DNA from: Enterococcus phage vB_OCPT_SDS2
DNA: 57,457 nt
Sequence record: ON113172.1
Strand: one strand, 5' to 3'
Positions within the stretch are counted from its first letter, which is position 1, and every line of letters starts with the position of its first letter. This document shows, piece by piece, positions 55,417-57,457 of this stretch. The notes under the pieces were generated by a model. It made no database searches. It saw only the letters and a program-made list of their open reading frames with translations, and was not told where the DNA came from. The translations under genes and the position numbers were made by a program.

Positions 55417-55854
55417 TTAAACTGGTGCCTGAACAGTTACAACACAGTTTGCAGTTGCGCCTGAACCATCTTTAGCAGTTGCTGTGATAGTTGTAGTGCC
55501 TTCTGCAACAGCTGTTACTGTACCGTCTGCGTAAGTAGCAAACTCAGGGTTGCTGTTAGTGATTTCTAACTCCTTGTTAGAAGCGTCTTCAGGTGCCACT
55601 GTAAAGGTTAATGCTTTGCTTCCATCAGAAGCTAGTGACATAGTCTTTTGAGAAGCTGTTACTGTAGCTACTAAACGTGGATTAGTCTTAGCTGTAACGG
55701 CAGTTGACTTAGCACTCTCAACGCCTTCCTCAACAGCTGTTACCTCAAACTTGTATGATGTGTTTGGTGTAAGGCCTGTAATGGTTTTAGTTAACTCTGC
55801 AATGCCTTCCTGAACCTTTGCTCCATCTTGGTATATATTATAAGTCTTTGCCAT
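55417..55854 (-). CDS. Ig/FN3-like domain protein, possibly a capsid decoration protein
   Basis: LTPNTSYKFEVTAV is FN3-like. It sits between the capsid and connector genes. Confidence 0.45.
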   Translation of the reverse strand: MAKTYNIYQDGAKVQEGIAELTKTITGLTPNTSYKFEVTAVEEGVESAKSTAVTAKTNPRLVATVTASQKTMSLASDGSKALTFTVAPEDASNKELEITNSNPEFATYADGTVTAVAEGTTTITATAKDGSGATANCVVTVQAPV

Positions 55855-56008
55855 TGCTTTTCCTCCTGTTGTGTGATAAAGTAAAAGAGGCTACGGAACG
55901 TTTCCGCAACCTCTCGTTTAGCTTACTAGAGGCTTGCCCCTCCGTCTTCCCAAGTCAGAGTAACTGAGTCCTCAGTAACCCCGCTAGATTGAAGATTTTC
56001 GGGGGCTG

Positions 56009-56815
56009 CTACTTTCCCGCAGCTACCTTGTTGATGAAGATTGCGCGTTTAGCATCTTTGACGAATGCTACGTAGTGTTGGTCAGCAGTGATGTTAGTTT
56101 GACGTTTCATACCTTCACGTACTTCTTCAACCATGTAGTCACGTTTCATAATTAATGATAAAGCTCCACGTTTTAATACGAACGCTTCGTCTTCACCAAC
56201 CTTGTTAGAAACTACAATGTTCATTCCGTAGATTTCACCTAAGTGGCCTTTGATTACAGACACGCCTTGTTGAATGTGAATGAAGTCTTTAGATTTCAAA
56301 ATCGTTGCACGGCGTTTAGGTGAGATGAATAAGTAAGTTTCTTCATCAAACTCTTCGCCAAATGCTACTTGAGCATCAATAACCCACTCGTAGCTATCAG
56401 TCATTTCAACATCTGACGGAGTTAATGCACGCATAGCTGCAAACAAGTCGTTGTCAATTTTACCTGCGATAGCCATTGCTAATTGACGAACTGTTTCATC
56501 AACAGGACGAACATAAGCATTTAAAACAGCTTCATCAGTTAATGTAACTGATTTAGCAACTTTTTTAACAGTCGCTGTACGTTCAGCAGCAGTTAATTTA
56601 ACTGATTGTAATTCTGCACCTTCAGCTAAGTCTTCCGCTAATCCAATGAAGTTCCATTGTGGTACTGTTAAAGTGTCACCCGGACGTCCTTGTAATGTAC
56701 GGTCAATTTCTGCAAATGGAGCCAATACTAAGTTGTCTAACATTTTCTGGTGAAGGAATGCACCAATTACCTCGGGATTAATTAAGTCTGAAATTTTAGT
56801 TACTTCGTGTGCCAT
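56009..56815 (-). CDS. major capsid protein
   Basis: 268 aa. Follows the scaffold gene. Strong RBS. A structured 3'UTR element follows. Confidence 0.6.
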   Translation of the reverse strand: MAHEVTKISDLINPEVIGAFLHQKMLDNLVLAPFAEIDRTLQGRPGDTLTVPQWNFIGLAEDLAEGAELQSVKLTAAERTATVKKVAKSVTLTDEAVLNAYVRPVDETVRQLAMAIAGKIDNDLFAAMRALTPSDVEMTDSYEWVIDAQVAFGEEFDEETYLFISPKRRATILKSKDFIHIQQGVSVIKGHLGEIYGMNIVVSNKVGEDEAFVLKRGALSLIMKRDYMVEEVREGMKRQTNITADQHYVAFVKDAKRAIFINKVAAGK

Positions 56816-56863
56816 ATTTAATAGTCTCCTCTATTAGTTTATAGTTTATATGATTATCTGTTG

Positions 56864-57457
56864 TTATCCACGTTGAACCAACTGGCGATATTTAGCAGGG
56901 TTAGTTCGAGCAAGTTCTGTCGCTTCTTCAACAGTTAAATCTGTTAACCGTTCTACAGTTTTAGAACCGCCAATGCTAGACATGTCGTCTGAGTTTGTTG
57001 GAGCTGCTTTAGCTGCGATTCCAGCAACCTTCTGGTCAACTAGTCCTGAAACGATATTCTGGATTTCAATATCTAATTCTGAAACCTTGTGCTTAACGGC
57101 TTCGGGATTGTCTGATAAAACGTACCCAGCTAATGAGGCAGGCAACCCAGCTTTTGCTAAAGCTTCTTGAGCTACTCCACGCATTTCCAACATTTGCTTA
57201 TCTTTTTGAATAGCTGCCATTTGAGCTTGCATTTGTTTCAATTGCTTTTGCTCAGGTGTTTCAGCAGGGTTTAACTCAGCCAATCGCTCTTGAACGATAT
57301 TCTCTAAGTTCTTTTCTTTCCAAGCGTTAATGCCTTTAGAAACGCTTTGGTCAATCATAGGGGCTACTACGCCAAGACCTTCGTCTGTCTTTAAGAAACT
57401 AGATACTGCGTCTTTCGTTAAGACGTGAGGTTGGATAGCTTGTGCTAATTCTGGATT
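56864..57457 (-). CDS. scaffolding-like protein, 3' part. The gene continues past the window end into nt 74..148.
   Basis: Helical Q/A/K-rich protein. The frame is open upstream of the track Met at 57358, with no RBS there. Full gene is about 222 aa. Confidence 0.55.
   Translation of the reverse strand, partial: NPELAQAIQPHVLTKDAVSSFLKTDEGLGVVAPMIDQSVSKGINAWKEKNLENIVQERLAELNPAETPEQKQLKQMQAQMAAIQKDKQMLEMRGVAQEALAKAGLPASLAGYVLSDNPEAVKHKVSELDIEIQNIVSGLVDQKVAGIAAKAAPTNSDDMSSIGGSKTVERLTDLTVEEATELARTNPAKYRQLVQRG

Noticed and set aside
57358-57358. Track start codon of the scaffold ORF (MIDQSVSK)
   Set aside because: There is no RBS. The frame stays open upstream through the window end and, after circularisation, reaches an ATG at 146-148 with AAGGAG.
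1-57457. Lysogeny module (integrase, CI/Cro repressor, attP) and CRISPR arrays
   Set aside because: No tyrosine or serine recombinase-like ORF was found, no repressor pair, and no repeat-spacer array. The phage appears obligately lytic. The HTH-like 18044..18301 is too weak to call a repressor.

Overview
The window is a complete, circularly closed genome of a tailed dsDNA phage, siphovirus-like, with a low-GC Gram-positive host. About 57,384 bp are unique: nt 1-73 are repeated exactly at 57385-57457, so the window opens and closes inside the same scaffolding-protein gene.

Almost everything is on the minus strand. Reading leftward through the origin, the structural block is: MuF-like head protein, portal, TerL, a holin/XhlA-like pair, TerS, then scaffold, major capsid, head-tail connectors, major tail protein, a frameshifted tail chaperone pair, a 961-aa tape measure, two giant distal tail proteins (1330 and 1008 aa) and a CHAP endolysin. 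The replication block on the minus strand holds primase, DnaC-like loader, DnaB-like helicase, a PD-(D/E)XK nuclease, a RuvC-like resolvase, a dNMP kinase, a sigma-like factor and a family-A DNA polymerase. There are four HNH/NUMOD homing endonucleases plus one free-standing NUMOD-like DNA-binding protein.

Two short plus-strand modules (5490-10740 and 40060-41160) and an accessory array of about 12 small early genes (12176-15905) are each driven by near-consensus sigma-A promoters (TTGACA-N17-TATAAT with TGn and AT-rich UP elements). These are frequently fused to intrinsic terminators whose hairpin loop carries the -35 box.

The points I consider most noteworthy:
- The DNA polymerase is split by a group I intron carrying an HNH ORF; P1/IGS and P10 pairing are visible in the sequence.
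- The tail chaperone pair overlaps in the +1 frame at a Ty1-like CUU-AGG heptamer.
- A tRNA-Trp(CCA) lies inside an otherwise unexplained, structured 1.2-kb non-coding block that also has tRNA-like T-arm/acceptor fragments.
- Two large non-coding islands flank the accessory gene array. One is GC-rich (10900-11760) with iterons and a C8 tract. The other is AT-rich (16130-16790) with a G9 tract, phased A-tracts and a DnaA-box-like site. They are candidates for the replication origin or another cis-acting element.
- A promoter-to-terminator unit with no ORF (39796-40010) is a candidate sRNA.
- A conserved 3'UTR element follows both the capsid and the tail-tube genes.

I found no integrase or repressor, so the phage looks virulent. 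The host genus is an inference only. CHAP lysin, low GC, about 57 kb and the HNH load fit an Enterococcus saphexavirus-like phage, but this is not established.
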